Under the pieces are notes generated by a model. That model did no database searches. It was not told the DNA's origin and saw only the letters and a list, made by a program, of their open reading frames with translations. A program made the translations under genes and the position numbers. From Cyanidioschyzon merolae (lineage: Eukaryota): a stretch of 64,000 bases of DNA. The first letter of the stretch is position 1. Each line of letters opens with the position of its first letter. Below, in pieces: positions 43,165 to 55,569 of this stretch. Location: NCBI GenBank assembly GCA_000091205.1, contig AP006486.2; one strand, 5' to 3'.

Positions 43165-44902
43165 GGAAAGAAGCTGATTATGCTCAAGAGCTGCGTTAAG
43201 CGAGCCCTATCGCCGGTTACCTGCGTGGAATCATAGGTCGTGCCGCGGAATCGTGCGCCCCACCGGTGTGTGTTCAAATCGCTGACGGTGCAACCGGTGG
43301 TATGGATTGGTGAGCTCGACTTCCTTTCCTGTCTGTCAGTCTGTCTGGCAACAGTTTGAAGCTCTTTATTGCTGTACTCAGCAGGTGCACGACCTAAAGT
43401 TGCGGTGGCATCGAGTCGACGAATGGAACCAGATGAGCTCAAGAGCCCGGGTCAGAGGGTACCGAGTAAAGCGATAAGCATACTTCTTTGGTGTATGCGA
43501 TAATCCCAAAGCTTCGGAGCTGTGTTCTCATCGGAAATAGAGGTTGGTATGCAATTCCTGGCACGCATGCTATGCACCATAGATGCTGCTCGTTTCGGAA
43601 AGGCGAATTGGTAGCTCGCGACTCGCAATGTTCGTATTCCGGATCGATCCTCGGAAGCTGAACGTATTGCAAGCGCGAACACAGCCCGCTGGCAGGCTGT
43701 AAGATTCAGCGCGTACGCAGACGCTTCCAGGTTCCTCTTGGATCAGATTATCGTTTCGCTGGTGAAAATATGTTTGAATTATCCGACTACCTGCTGGTGT
43801 GCTCGTCGCGGCGCTGCGTGCGCCACTCCGAGATGCAACCCCCTCGCCGTGCCAGTGCCGGATCCGGGGCAAGATACACCACCCCGGCACCGATGACTTT
43901 CCCGCAGGCGTCGACCGAGAGGATGCATCTGGTTGTTGTCAGGATTTGGTCAACGGATGCCACGGACAGCAGAACAGTGAGCTGTACGCTATCTGCGAGG
44001 GGAGCAATTTTGCTTTCTGTCGTCTTGCTGTGTATTCTCAGCACAAGCTCAAAGTCATTTCGCGATGTCTACTTTGATGGACAGATTCGGCTCTTCAAAA
44101 TTTGAAAAAAAATACCAGTATAATTCCCGAAGAGTCCACGGATCTGCGAGGAAAAAGGTTGCTCTACTGCTTGATGACGTGTCTGTACATGCGAAACCGC
44201 CGCTTGGCTCTCTCTGTCAGTATTAGCTCCGCAGCGCGCACCGCATCTCTGCTTTCGAAGGATGCGTCTCTTCATGGGCATCCAAGCTGAACCCAACAGG
44301 AGCATGCGATCGCGCATCGAAAACCGTCTGCCCGCAGTGCTTAGCGCTCCCCGCTACATCCCGACAATCTTTCACCGATTGAGGACAACAGTGTGAAAGA
44401 GTACGAACGTATCCTTTGCGGCACATACTTCCGCGTTGCGCAGTTCGTTTCCTCGATGCATCTAGAGGTCTACCGATTTTTCGGGCCGTTCGCCGAAGCT
44501 CGACATGTATCGATAAGGAGAGAGGCGCAACGACCGGTATTGTTCCAGCGTGTGAGCATTGCCGAACATTGATGACGTGATCGAGTCCATCACAGCTAGC
44601 ATGACCGGTTCCGCCAGACATCAGGCGTCTCTTTTACAATTGAAACAGGTCACAGCATCCGCGACGTTGAACCACCACCGGGACCGATTCCAATACAGCG
44701 GACTTTGTTTTTCCCGTTTGACTCGTAATTGAGAGTAAGTAGCAGGGCGATTTCTATGCAAAGGCTGTGGTTCAACTTTTGCCAATTGCAGCCATTGTTC
44801 GCAGACCCTTGCAGTCCGCCAATACGCCACAAATTTTGTTGTTATGTTCAAATTCAACTCGTCCTAGTGTGCAAACATTTGCACATGCGCGAAGCATATC
44901 GA

Positions 44903-46018
44903 CTAGGCCCGTTCGATATTACGCTCGGCGAAAAAGGCTGCACAATATCTGCTGAACACGCGGATCCGCTGCAAAACAGTTGAAAGATAATGCACCTCGA
45001 TGTCGTTATGTGAGGCATTTTCCAGCCAGAGGGGCTCAGTTTTCATTTTGCAGCGTTCATAGAGCCCTCTTCCATGGCAAATTGAAACAACATTGTCCTG
45101 CATTCCATGAATAATGAGAACCGGAGCCTTGATGAGATGGATCCGATCAATCGATGGGAACATGTCCAGACAGGGAATCGTACAGCGAATGTCGGGGTAC
45201 ACCACGCGTAAACAGCTCATGAGTGGTGCAATGAGGACGACACCACCGATGGGAAATCTCGAAGCCAGCTCAACTGTTGGTCCTGATCCAACGGAGCGGC
45301 CAATGAGCAGGATTCGCTCGGGAGGCACGCCTAGATTGATAAGGTAACGATAACACGCGTACGTATCCTTATAGAAACGATATTCTGAGGGGCGAACACC
45401 AGCCGGTAACGAAAGACCGTATCCGGTGTAATCATAAGCAATCGCCTTACAGCCCAGAACCGTCGTCAATAGCTGCACATATGCTCCTGCAGAAGCAAGG
45501 TCCTCGGCATTGCCGTGCGAGTAGAGTATCGTGAAAAACTCCTCCGGATATCCCCTTCGTTCCCTCCTGGGTTGCGGCACTTGGTTTAAAATATCAAGAA
45601 CGTGTCCAGCTTCCATTTCATCACGGGAATCTGCAGTCCCCCCGGAGGTACCCTGACCTCTTTCCAACGGGGTGTCTTGTAGCTTCTGCCCATGCGCAGC
45701 CCTGCTCGACAAATCAAGCAAGGCTGCGACCTCACGTGGATCAACTTTTGCCTCTTGACCGACGTGAGTAGACTTTCGAGGCCAGACTTTCCAAAACGGT
45801 CGACTGTAGCGACGCAACTCTTGCACAGGAGACGCCGAGGTTCGCTGCTCCGAGCGGTTGCGTGGGGTCGGCTTTCGAGCCACACCTCCGTCGTAGTAAA
45901 TAACTGGAATGCGCGACCCACTTGCGGTCCATATCCAAAAAAGTTCGTTCTCCGACTCAACGGAATACTGCGGGGGGCGCGGAGGCTGAAAAACCATACG
46001 GGAATAAAGCAGCCCCAT
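44903..46018 (-). CDS. Alpha/beta-hydrolase ABHD17 family protein (putative depalmitoylase-like)
   Basis: 371 aa, ABHD17-like: N-terminal MGLLYS..FQPP, YSHGNAEDL, GRSVGSGP nucleophile elbow (GxSxG), APLMS, and LIIHGMQDNVV with the catalytic His region. A roughly 70-aa internal low-complexity insert is present. Confidence 0.85.
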   Translation of the reverse strand: MGLLYSRMVFQPPRPPQYSVESENELFWIWTASGSRIPVIYYDGGVARKPTPRNRSEQRTSASPVQELRRYSRPFWKVWPRKSTHVGQEAKVDPREVAALLDLSSRAAHGQKLQDTPLERGQGTSGGTADSRDEMEAGHVLDILNQVPQPRRERRGYPEEFFTILYSHGNAEDLASAGAYVQLLTTVLGCKAIAYDYTGYGLSLPAGVRPSEYRFYKDTYACYRYLINLGVPPERILLIGRSVGSGPTVELASRFPIGGVVLIAPLMSCLRVVYPDIRCTIPCLDMFPSIDRIHLIKAPVLIIHGMQDNVVSICHGRGLYERCKMKTEPLWLENASHNDIEVHYLSTVLQRIRVFSRYCAAFFAERNIERA

Positions 46019-48152
46019 TTGTTCTCACGGAAGCAGCGAAACGAGCTGCCATAAGCTCCAAAAAGACGCTTTTCTTCCCAGAAAACGAGACTGTGGATTT
46101 CGCGGAGAGCGATACCTGCCTCGTCCGTTCTGAAGCAAACAGAACCAACTGTCAGTATCCAAGTTAGATTAATTTGCAACAGTTGTAGTATTTCAACTTA
46201 ATTGGGTTCCGCTACCAGGTGCACGCCATCAAATGTTTCTTCGCGATTTTTAGCAGATGTGTCCAAACAGCGTCCACGTTCAGAAGTAAAAATCCAGGGA
46301 AACGTTATGGTGGTGAAAGTTGGGGCATCCCGTAAGCGCAGCGTCGCCGGCAGTCGGAAGAAAGGAAAAAACCTATTGGCCGACCATCGAACGATGAAGA
46401 GCAAATGACGAAGAAGAAAGAGAAGCTGGGAGATAGGCGAGAATATTTGTTTGCCCGACGAGACGATGTCCAGAATATTTTGGTACAGACGGCGCGAGTT
46501 CTAGCAATCCACGCAAAGCTGGGTTCAACCAGCGTCAATTCACGCAAAGGGTTCGTAAATAGAGACCTCAAAACCGCCATCCATGTTAGACGATGTTTGG
46601 TGCTGACGGCGAAACCCGAGGAGCTGAAGCGATCCTGCTTCGTAGGGCAGCCTTTCAGGCTCAACGCGTTCAGTGAGGAGCTGAAGCCGGTAGCTGTCAG
46701 CGGACCGAAAAAGGCTGGAAGGCGTCTGTGCGTGCGTAGATGTATGTACGCTTGTTGGTCGAAGAATGTGCTTCGTTTCGCTCACGATATATGTGCGCGC
46801 CTTGATTCTGCCTTGCGATTTTCCCAAGCTTCTTAGGCGTACAGCCTGCATATTCAAAGTGCAGTAATAAGGACCTACGGATTCAAACGCAAATTAAGTA
46901 TTCTAGGTCGTCTTTTCGGAGTGGATCCGTCGGAGCTTCGCAGCTCGAGTTTGCTTCGTCACCAAGATAAAAATGATTCGCGACGCTCCCGAAAGCGGTT
47001 CCTAAAATGACCGATTCATCATTTAGTTTATTCGTACATTCCTCCACTTGTATCGTTTCCTTACGTGAAGCAAACTCATATTACATATTCGACAAGCTTT
47101 CGAGCTTGTTGTTTAAAGACAGCTCGTAGGCAGAGCACTTCGCGCTGCTGCATTGACGAGGTAAAAGTCAAGCAGTCGTCAATTAACAACATCTTCACGA
47201 GCTCATGCCGCGGGCTCAGCGAACATGTCACTTCAAATCATCGATTCCGTTCGAAAGACAAGTACGTTTCTCTGATTGATCATCGTTGATATAGGTTTAC
47301 GCAGCTACAAGACACCTTTACCGAGCTACGCTCCCAGAGGCTCCTGTGCCCTCGGTTTGCACCCAAAAGGGTATCGGACTCGGAAATTAGTCATTGCTGT
47401 GATCGCTTCATGTCGAAGGTGCGTCTCTGCTTTGTACGACGAGAGCGTATACGGGTCGACATTTCTTGACTGGTTCTCCAGCTTGGTTTTCCTTCTGATC
47501 GTTTTCCGTCATGCACGATATCATGCTCCCCAAATCGTCTATAGAATGGTACTACGTACGCCCGCGTGTGCAGCGGACGGATGACTCACTGAGGCCATCG
47601 CCCACAACAAGCCCCCGATCGTAGGGCATGGCACAGCGCGGGGACGGAAGAGAGCGTTCAGGCGAGCCCTCGGTACCCGTCAAGGAAATATATCGAGCGA
47701 TCCAGCGAACGTTCACGCGCTACAGCCCCGCCTTGGAGTGAGATGTGTTGTGGATACAGCGCAACCCCGGACCATTAAAATGCCTCACCACTGCCAGGGT
47801 CGTACCCAGGCTATATACAAAGAAGACGAAAATGGCATGCGACGCGTCTCTCATAACGTGCACCTGTGCGTCAAACGCAAATGAAAACAAGCAGAATCAG
47901 CGAAATCGCGACTTGAACCTCGGCACCAACATTCATCGACTGCTGACAACGGAACTGGAGGGACACGAGAGGCCGCCGTGCCCCCCGATGAAGGTATGGG
48001 AAAGAATATGGAAATGGTTGGAGGAAAAATCTCCTCAACGCTGGTGTAGATAGCGTCGGGAAGCATCCCAAACTTGATGATGCAAACGCGAGTTCGACAA
48101 GTAGACCTATCCACTTTTATTCAGGCAAGAATGCAAAAGCGCCCCCCGAAAA

Positions 48153-49988
48153 ATGTGTGGTGGATCATGCGCTATCGCACCGCCTGCGCTCCTGATCCGC
48201 GCTGCAAGCCGCATCGCACCGCCGATCATTTCTTTATCAATTTTATGTGAGGCAGCGAGTTCAACTCTTGAATCGTTCACGAGACTCAAGTACCGCGCTG
48301 ATTATAGAGCTGGACTGCTGCGCAGATCGGGATCCAAGGCTGAAACTTTACAGTCGGGCAACTTGAAAAATGCTCAGGGTGGCGCCTCGGTGCAGCCGGG
48401 CCGCGATCCACGCCAGCTTTCGAGCAGCGATCTGCTCAGCCTCGCAAGCAAGGAACAGGCAGCTCGCCAGTCAAAAGTTGGAAAAGGACCTGAGGAGCGC
48501 ATTTATGAGGTGATGCTTCGGCAGGAGCTAGAGTCTTTTGTTCGTTTGACCGCTTCAGCGCTTCGTCTAGAGGATGAGGAGCTGGTTGAGGTTGATTCTG
48601 AGGACTCTTCAGAACAAGAGACGGCTCTGAGCAAAGACGCTGCCGAGCCTGCGCATAGCCGTGTCCTTGTAGGAACGTTGAGCGAGAGCGTGCTGCCCCC
48701 GGTGGCTGGCACGGCTTCTGCACAGAGTGCGGCCTCGGCCTACAATGCCTCGCGGCTGCGAGTCGGGATCATCGGATGTGGGCGTATCGGCCAGGTTCAT
48801 GCGAATAACTTGGCGAACCGCGTGCCGAACGCTGCGCTTGTAGCTGTGAGTGATGCCATTGAGGATGCTGCCCGACGGATTGCGGCGCGTTTCCACGTCC
48901 CCATCTGGTACACGAATGCGGAGGACTTGGTGCATGACCCTAGAGTGGACGCCGTGGTCATCTGTTCGCCGACGGACACCCACGCACCGCTTATGAAGGA
49001 GTGCGCGCGCTATGGGAAGCACGTTTTCTGCGAGAAGCCGATTGCACTCGGCCTTGATGTGATCGATGATGCGCTGGCAACACTGGACGCTGCGAATGCG
49101 GACGTCAAAGAGCTGCGACTTCAAGCAAAACGCCCGAGCCTGTTCGTCAGCGGCGAGACTGGACTTGACAATCTAAGCCTGGCACAATTCGAGCATGATC
49201 GCCGGCTGCGTCGACTGCAACGCTCAGGCATCCAGCTGATGGTTGCCTTTCAGCGCAGATACGATCAAAACTTCCAACGTGCGCGCCTTGCCCATGACTC
49301 CGGGTTTCTCGGGAGGCCACTCAAGCTACACCTTGTGTCGAGGGATCCTGCGCCGCCACCGCTCGCCTATCTCAAAGTCTCTGGCGGCATCTGGCTCGAC
49401 CAGGCGATCCACGACTTCGATATGGCTCGATTTCTGCTTAAGTCAGAGCCCGTCGAAGTGTTTGCCATGGGCCTTTGCTGCGAACCGAGTATAGCGGAAA
49501 TCGGGGACTGCGATCACGTCATGACTCAGGTGCGCTTCGCAAACGACGCAATTTGCGTCATCGACAATTCGCGATCGACTCCGCATCAGGCGTATGACCA
49601 GCGCGCGGAGCTCTTTGGAACCGAGGGCTGCATCACCGTCGGCAACGAGTATCCCAACACTGCTGAGTATATGGATGTGATTGGACAGCACCGGGACAAA
49701 CCGTTGAACTTTTTCATGGAACGTTACGCGGAGGCTTATCTGCAGGAGATGCTTGCCTGGGTGCAGCACCTGGTAGAGATTCGGGCAGGCGGCGCCCGCA
49801 CAGCCGAAGCGGGAACGGATGCGGGTACGCCTGCTTTGCCGTTGCCGTCGGACTTCGACGGCCGCATCGCCGTGGTTATGGCCATGGCCGCTAGACGTTC
49901 CTTCGAACTCAAAAGACCGGTACGCATCACGGAAATTGACCCGAGCCTGGAGCCGATCATCGAAGCAGCTCGCACGCGTGCTGTTTAA
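48153..49988 (+). CDS. Gfo/Idh/MocA-family NAD(P)-dependent oxidoreductase (inositol 2-dehydrogenase-like) with a long N-terminal extension
   Basis: Rossmann motif LRVGIIGCGRIGQVHA, EKP consensus (VFCEKPIAL), and a C-terminal alpha/beta domain. The conserved domain starts near residue 200; the true start may be the ATG at 48513. Confidence 0.8.
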   Translation: MCGGSCAIAPPALLIRAASRIAPPIISLSILCEAASSTLESFTRLKYRADYRAGLLRRSGSKAETLQSGNLKNAQGGASVQPGRDPRQLSSSDLLSLASKEQAARQSKVGKGPEERIYEVMLRQELESFVRLTASALRLEDEELVEVDSEDSSEQETALSKDAAEPAHSRVLVGTLSESVLPPVAGTASAQSAASAYNASRLRVGIIGCGRIGQVHANNLANRVPNAALVAVSDAIEDAARRIAARFHVPIWYTNAEDLVHDPRVDAVVICSPTDTHAPLMKECARYGKHVFCEKPIALGLDVIDDALATLDAANADVKELRLQAKRPSLFVSGETGLDNLSLAQFEHDRRLRRLQRSGIQLMVAFQRRYDQNFQRARLAHDSGFLGRPLKLHLVSRDPAPPPLAYLKVSGGIWLDQAIHDFDMARFLLKSEPVEVFAMGLCCEPSIAEIGDCDHVMTQVRFANDAICVIDNSRSTPHQAYDQRAELFGTEGCITVGNEYPNTAEYMDVIGQHRDKPLNFFMERYAEAYLQEMLAWVQHLVEIRAGGARTAEAGTDAGTPALPLPSDFDGRIAVVMAMAARRSFELKRPVRITEIDPSLEPIIEAARTRAV

Positions 49989-52248
49989 GAATCGCTACCT
50001 TCATGTACGCTGGCATGCGTCGTCGATTGCTTGACAGCGTCGGAGCAGAGCAGCCTCGGGGAGCTGCTCTCTGAAACCGATTCATTGTCGCCGGTTTATC
50101 CATTTTCTCTGCAGCACTGCGTGGTGAAATTTCTCTGTCCGCACAGCAGTCGTTTGCAAGTATCGTTTGGGGAGGGGGCCATTTCAGTGCGAGCGTGCAG
50201 TGCACTGGCCAGGATTTGCCTCTACTGCTCGCACACGAAGGACGACGTGCGTCGGGGTAGATGCTTGGCACCGGTCCACGTAGCGGCCGCGGACGTTGCG
50301 CTCGACTGGGTGTCGTACCAGGGCACCCCGTGTACCACCAAAAGAACTGGTTTGGGGGCTGGGAATAATGATGTATGCTCCTCATAGCTGTAAGTGCCAG
50401 AATCTTTTGATTGATGAAGTGATAGAACGCCAGACGATGGCGATCTGTGGCGAGCAACAGGATTCTTGCCAGAGGCGTGCAATATACCTCAATGGACTTT
50501 GTTCGTTCCGAATGGATAGATTTTCGTCCTAACATCAAGCGGTTAGTAAACGAAAACGAGCGTATGATTATCGTCAAAACGGCAACTCCAATCGTTTGGA
50601 GGAAATGGCTGCATGGTCTTCAGTGAACTCACAAACTCTGTATGTTGGCGGACTGTTTTGGAAGTATGGTACCGCACGGGGACGCCAACAGGCGATCCAC
50701 ACGTGCACCTGCGCTCAGGAATGAAAGGCGATCATCTGGCATCGACGCTGATGGGGTCCTCCTGCCATAAGCGTGTCGAGAAGGAGATGCCAAGCCGATC
50801 GCACGGTATCGGCTGCTGCTGGCTGAAACGCCAGCGTGTCTGCTTAGAGGCGGTTGCTTCAGCGCCATGCATTTGTCGTGGATGCTCACGAACTGGCTAT
50901 TGGATTTTAGTTGTGCATGTCCCATGATTCTGACCGGAATTCTGTGGACATAGGTCTGTTGTCGATAACCAGGAAGAAAGCAGATTCCTTTTTTCTACGG
51001 TGCCGGGTATGAGAATCTGAAGGAAATCCAGTCGACGCACGACCGCTGTCGTCTGCGAGATATATGGGCGATATGCTTTGTGCTATAGAGTCAGATCCGT
51101 CAATCTAACAGGAATCCGCTAAATGCACGACTGCTGTCGGTAACCTGAGGGGTGCATGGTGATCTTTTCCAGAATCGGCTACCTCGACTGACCTTTGGAA
51201 AGGCTGCTCGTCGTGGATGCTGATTAGATCCATCTAGAATCCGCTCATATGTTGGAGCTACAGTGGGCATTTGCTGCGATGCTGGATCCACCTTTGAGGC
51301 AGTCGTCGCATTGAGAGAGAACGGCTTTGCTGTGCCAAATGGACGTCAATTCGAGGCTCGAGGGAGTGGATGATGCCAACCCGCATCCGTGGAGAGTCCC
51401 CTTCGGAAGAGGATTGTGAAAGCTCCACGACGGACATGTATACGCATGCATTCTAAGGCACGCTCCCGTCGGCGAAGAGTAACCCGATGCGCCCACGCGC
51501 AGTCAGTGCGTGGATCGAACGCTCTGGGCCGCAGTGTATGCGGTCACCAGGACGGCTCCGCTGCTAACGTTCCGGCCAGTGAGCGCGGAAAATGGCAGTT
51601 TCTGGCGCACCAAATCCCTAGCTGCACTCCTCGTTTCAGTGAATGCTGCCTCCGAAAATCCTGATAGGGAACAGACTGCAAGTATCAATATAAGAGAACT
51701 CGACAAGGCCAGATATTGAATCCATTCCCGCACAGAGGTCATGCACCTCCAGTGCGTATTTTACCACACGAAAGCGTTATCGTGCAGCCCCACGACAGCG
51801 TTAGCGATGTGACGATCTGCATATCGCAGCCTCAGTTCTAAAACAACGCAGCCCTCGGTCTCGAAGAACGTGGCATACCGCTGCTCATGGTTAAATCATC
51901 TCCGGGGCGTGCGTTTCCGCCCATACTTTTCACGCGTTTCCGCGTTTCGTAGCATATCAATGCGAGTTTTTCACATCGGCCGCTCCCGTCCCACAAACTG
52001 TCAGAGTCCTGCAGAATTCAGAAGTCTAAAGCTTATATCTTGTTCCCAATAATTGCACGAGCAAAAGAAACTGTCCTATCCAGCTCAAGAAAACGCATAT
52101 TTCGGGCGTTTCAGCCGCACTGCCTTCAGCGCTGCTCGCAAGTGCATCATGTGGCGTTTCGGGCGGACGGCGATTTTCGCCGGCGCGGGCATGTGCGCGT
52201 CCGGCTGAACGCGTCCTCAAGAGCGGTACGAAGCAGCGTTCGAGTTCG

Positions 52249-53418
52249 TTGCAACGCAGTGAAACTTCCAGCATGTTCCTTATAGCAAGCTGGAACTGCA
52301 ATTCTGTAACGAATGCTTTCCACCAGAAACTGGTGGTCCGATACAGTTCAGAATTAAGTCGCAGAAACCCACGAAAAGGAGCGTGTGGTGATTTCTGGGG
52401 CACAACTGAGCTTTCGAGGCGGTTGCCACAGGTTGACCGCCCGACCACGAGATTTGCTACCAGCAAGCAAACTCGCCGGAGAAACCGTTCAGAACTTGTA
52501 CGCTCTTCAGCACGTGGAGGCTCCGGCTCTAATGACCCTGAGGAAAAAGACGCAACCCCGGAACCAGGATCTTTCTTTGAAGAGGATTCAACGGCTATTG
52601 AGTACTTCAGCCCAAGTGAAAAGAGGGACACAGAGGTTCCGGTTTCGGGAAAGCTCGCTGAACTGCCTCTGTTTCCACTGCCCCTTGTTCTGAGTCCTGG
52701 ACAGCCCATTCCCCTGCATATTTTCGAAATGAGATATCGTCAGATGTTTCAGCGAATTCGGGAAGGAGATGGCCGTTTCGGTATTGTGATGTATGACAAG
52801 GACCGGAACGCACACGCTGCTGTCGGCACCATGGCCGAAATAAATGTATACGAACCCCTTGCGGACGGTCGAATCATGACAAGCAGTATCGGACGCGAGC
52901 GCTTCAGAGTGCTCAAGTACACGAAGGACTCTCCGTACCTAGTTGCGCTTGTGGAATACTTTGACGACGAAGTGTGCATCGAGAGCGTGGAGCAAATATT
53001 AGCGGCCCTGAAAGAGCCGCTACCGCAGAGCGGCGATCAGGAAACGAGCAGGATTTCCAAGCAAAGCTTGACGCTACTGGAGAGACGCGTTTGGTCGGCG
53101 CTCGGTGACGTGTTGCGGCTGTCAAATAAGCTGTACAACAGGGTGGTGAGTTTGAGTAAGCTCGTGGTGGATAATAGCCCTGAGACGGTGCTGAGCATTC
53201 CCGAGGGGCATTTGGATCCGGAGCAGAATTTCCATCGGCAGAAGCTATTTAGTTTTGCCGTAAGCAGTATACTCGACATGCCTGTGCGGCAGCAGCAGTT
53301 GCTACTGCAAACGCGCAGTACCGCAAAAAGGCTGTTGAAGCAGGCGCAATTACTCGAGGGAGCTCGACAGTACCTTGCTGCTCAAGTCACGATTAAGAAA
53401 GCCCTTGGAGAGTCGTAG
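52249..53418 (+). CDS. Lon protease N-terminal (LON substrate-binding) domain protein with an N-terminal presequence
   Basis: LPLFPLPLVLSPGQPIPLHIFEMRYRQMF, then RFGIV..., a classic Lon N-domain start. There is no AAA+ or protease domain, as in plant 'ATP-dependent protease La domain' proteins. A Ser/Arg-rich N-terminal extension is present. Confidence 0.8.
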   Translation: MQRSETSSMFLIASWNCNSVTNAFHQKLVVRYSSELSRRNPRKGACGDFWGTTELSRRLPQVDRPTTRFATSKQTRRRNRSELVRSSARGGSGSNDPEEKDATPEPGSFFEEDSTAIEYFSPSEKRDTEVPVSGKLAELPLFPLPLVLSPGQPIPLHIFEMRYRQMFQRIREGDGRFGIVMYDKDRNAHAAVGTMAEINVYEPLADGRIMTSSIGRERFRVLKYTKDSPYLVALVEYFDDEVCIESVEQILAALKEPLPQSGDQETSRISKQSLTLLERRVWSALGDVLRLSNKLYNRVVSLSKLVVDNSPETVLSIPEGHLDPEQNFHRQKLFSFAVSSILDMPVRQQQLLLQTRSTAKRLLKQAQLLEGARQYLAAQVTIKKALGES

Positions 53419-53529
53419 TTTCGTTCATTTTGCACCCGCCAACAAGCGCATCCTGTCATCAAGTCCAACATCGTGCGAGCATCGCTCTGTGACGTTCACA
53501 AAAGGCCATTCATTGGCTCATTTTTTCAA

Positions 53530-55569
53530 TCATGATCTCGCTGGTACCGCAGACTCTTTTGTGCCTTGCACCTTCGTTTTCGCGGCTTCTTGCCTAGATT
53601 TCCGTGGAGCTCGAACGTTGTCAGTTTGTGGCCGAATCGAGCCAGCACGGAGGACAGTGGCAACACGAGATACAGTCGGATCGTAGCGGATAGGGTCCGT
53701 TGACGTCAGTCGATCCTGACGGCTGTCTGTTCCAAATGGATTCGGATGCAGGTAATGAAAAGAGAACTGAACCGGTTGCCTTTGAGTGGGCACGTACGCC
53801 CCCTGTAGGCGTGCAAACTGGAGTCGCTCTGTTGCCACTTCGCGCATAGCATCGACAAGTGCTCGACGCTCAATCTCATGACGCCACGGAAGCGCACCGG
53901 CATTGGATGAGGCGTTTCCGCCGCGTGGCGCATCGCGGCATTTGAGTAAGTCAGCCTGTTCGATAAAGTACTTCTCATTCTCCCGAATCTGCCTTTCTAC
54001 GTCCTTCTCTACCCTATTCGTTACCTGGATCCGAGTCAATGCCAGCTTGAACCTATCGAACGCGACCTCCCGGAGCTTCAGCAGCTGTTTCGCATATATG
54101 GTACGTAGGTCATTCAAAATGGAGGAGCGGAGTTCGTTTCGCTTCCTGATGAATGTCTTGGTATGACGGAACGCTGCAGCATCACGATCGTACTCTTCGA
54201 GCGCATTCTGAAGCAGACCATCAGCCTCGGTGCCAAAATTCTCGATTATTCGACCATCTTCTGCACGTGATTTCCAGGAGCGTGCACTATCCAGATACTG
54301 GGAAAATATGAAACTGCAGATCTCATCACACCTATACGAAGCTTCGAGCTCAGAGCTTCCTTCGACTTCAAGTCCACCATCAGTCTCTCCAACGCTGCGA
54401 TCTTTCCGGAATTGGCTCAGTGCCTTGAAGACGTTTTCAATGTGCAATTCCAATTCTGACAGCGGCACCGGACAAGAATACCTTGCAATGCTCTCGCCAG
54501 AACGATTGTCCCTCTGGAAAAAATATCCATCTGCTGTCGGGTCCAGAAAACGACGCTGCAGCTCTCCAACGCGCCGCATGAAATCAATCTTCCGCAGTAA
54601 AGCGCTTGGCAGAAACGCATATTCTGTTTGGTAGAACTCACTGAATCTCGAATTTCCTAAACGAGAGGGTTTCGTCATTCTGGACCACAGCGCGTTGAGA
54701 TCCTCCTGAAAAGCCGCAGCAACTTCGTCCCGGGAAACTTCTTCATCCTCGAAGTCGCGCACGATGACCAAAAGCATGCGCTTTCGTGACGGATGCGGCA
54801 TCGGACCCATCCCATGAAGCATGCCGGACGCGCAAAGACGGAGATAGGTCTCAAGGGCGCTGCCCAGACCACGCAGGCCAGATGCCGTTGACCTGGACAA
54901 GCTGTGATACTGCACGTTGAAAACGAGCACGTCGGCCATGGCTACGCCAAGCTCCACAGCTGTAGCCCCGTCATGTACAGCCCCCGACAGACCCTGCCTA
55001 CGGACTTGCAGGACGGAGCCCGCCCCCAAGGTGCTTGTAGACAAACCGTCCACATCCAAAACCAGTAGCTCTTGAGGTGGCTGGGCGAGAATAAGGGAGC
55101 GTGCGAGCGGCTCCGCTCGGCTCAGGCGCACGGTGCCACCTTTGGACGCACGCACTTCAGGCGCATCTTGCTCACCGCGGCCAACTGGCGGCGATGCACG
55201 AGCGCCTCCTGGGGCTCCGCGGCCGCCTGAAGGTGAAGGCCCATTAAATCGATCGGACACGCCTTTGCTTTCCGGAAAAGTCGTGCCAAAAACTTCGTTC
55301 AGAAACGTGGTCTTGCCTGAGCCCTCGACACCAACAGCCGCCACTGTAGAGTAGGACTCGTCTGAGAGTTCATTCTCCTTGATGAGCGCTTCGATGACAT
55401 TCTTATGTAAGCCGCTGGAGTTGTAAAGCTCCCAAACTCCCATGGTTCTACCTTTCAGAACCAGTGTACTGCGAAGTATGGAGACAAAGTCATCCACTGC
55501 ATTCCGAGTTCGACGGCGGTGCGCCGCTGAGTGGCGGCGCAGGTTTGCTCGAGGAACGCGTACGAGCAC
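53530..55569 (-). CDS. RHD3/Sey1-like dynamin-superfamily GTPase
   Basis: P-loop VGVEGSGKTTFLNEVFGT, LVLDVDGL, VLVFNVQYHSL and MLLVIVRDFEDEE match the RHD3/Sey1 GB1-type G-domain order. A Gly/Arg/Pro-rich insert sits between G1 and G2. No C-terminal transmembrane hairpin is visible. The start may be the ATG at 55443. Confidence 0.7.
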   Translation of the reverse strand: MLVRVPRANLRRHSAAHRRRTRNAVDDFVSILRSTLVLKGRTMGVWELYNSSGLHKNVIEALIKENELSDESYSTVAAVGVEGSGKTTFLNEVFGTTFPESKGVSDRFNGPSPSGGRGAPGGARASPPVGRGEQDAPEVRASKGGTVRLSRAEPLARSLILAQPPQELLVLDVDGLSTSTLGAGSVLQVRRQGLSGAVHDGATAVELGVAMADVLVFNVQYHSLSRSTASGLRGLGSALETYLRLCASGMLHGMGPMPHPSRKRMLLVIVRDFEDEEVSRDEVAAAFQEDLNALWSRMTKPSRLGNSRFSEFYQTEYAFLPSALLRKIDFMRRVGELQRRFLDPTADGYFFQRDNRSGESIARYSCPVPLSELELHIENVFKALSQFRKDRSVGETDGGLEVEGSSELEASYRCDEICSFIFSQYLDSARSWKSRAEDGRIIENFGTEADGLLQNALEEYDRDAAAFRHTKTFIRKRNELRSSILNDLRTIYAKQLLKLREVAFDRFKLALTRIQVTNRVEKDVERQIRENEKYFIEQADLLKCRDAPRGGNASSNAGALPWRHEIERRALVDAMREVATERLQFARLQGAYVPTQRQPVQFSFHYLHPNPFGTDSRQDRLTSTDPIRYDPTVSRVATVLRAGSIRPQTDNVRAPRKSRQEAAKTKVQGTKESAVPARS

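Noticed and set aside
52026-52709. 227-aa minus-strand ORF
   Set aside because: It lies antisense to the start of the Lon N-domain gene and is Ser/Arg/Gly-rich with no motif. Open antisense frames are typical in GC-rich coding DNA.
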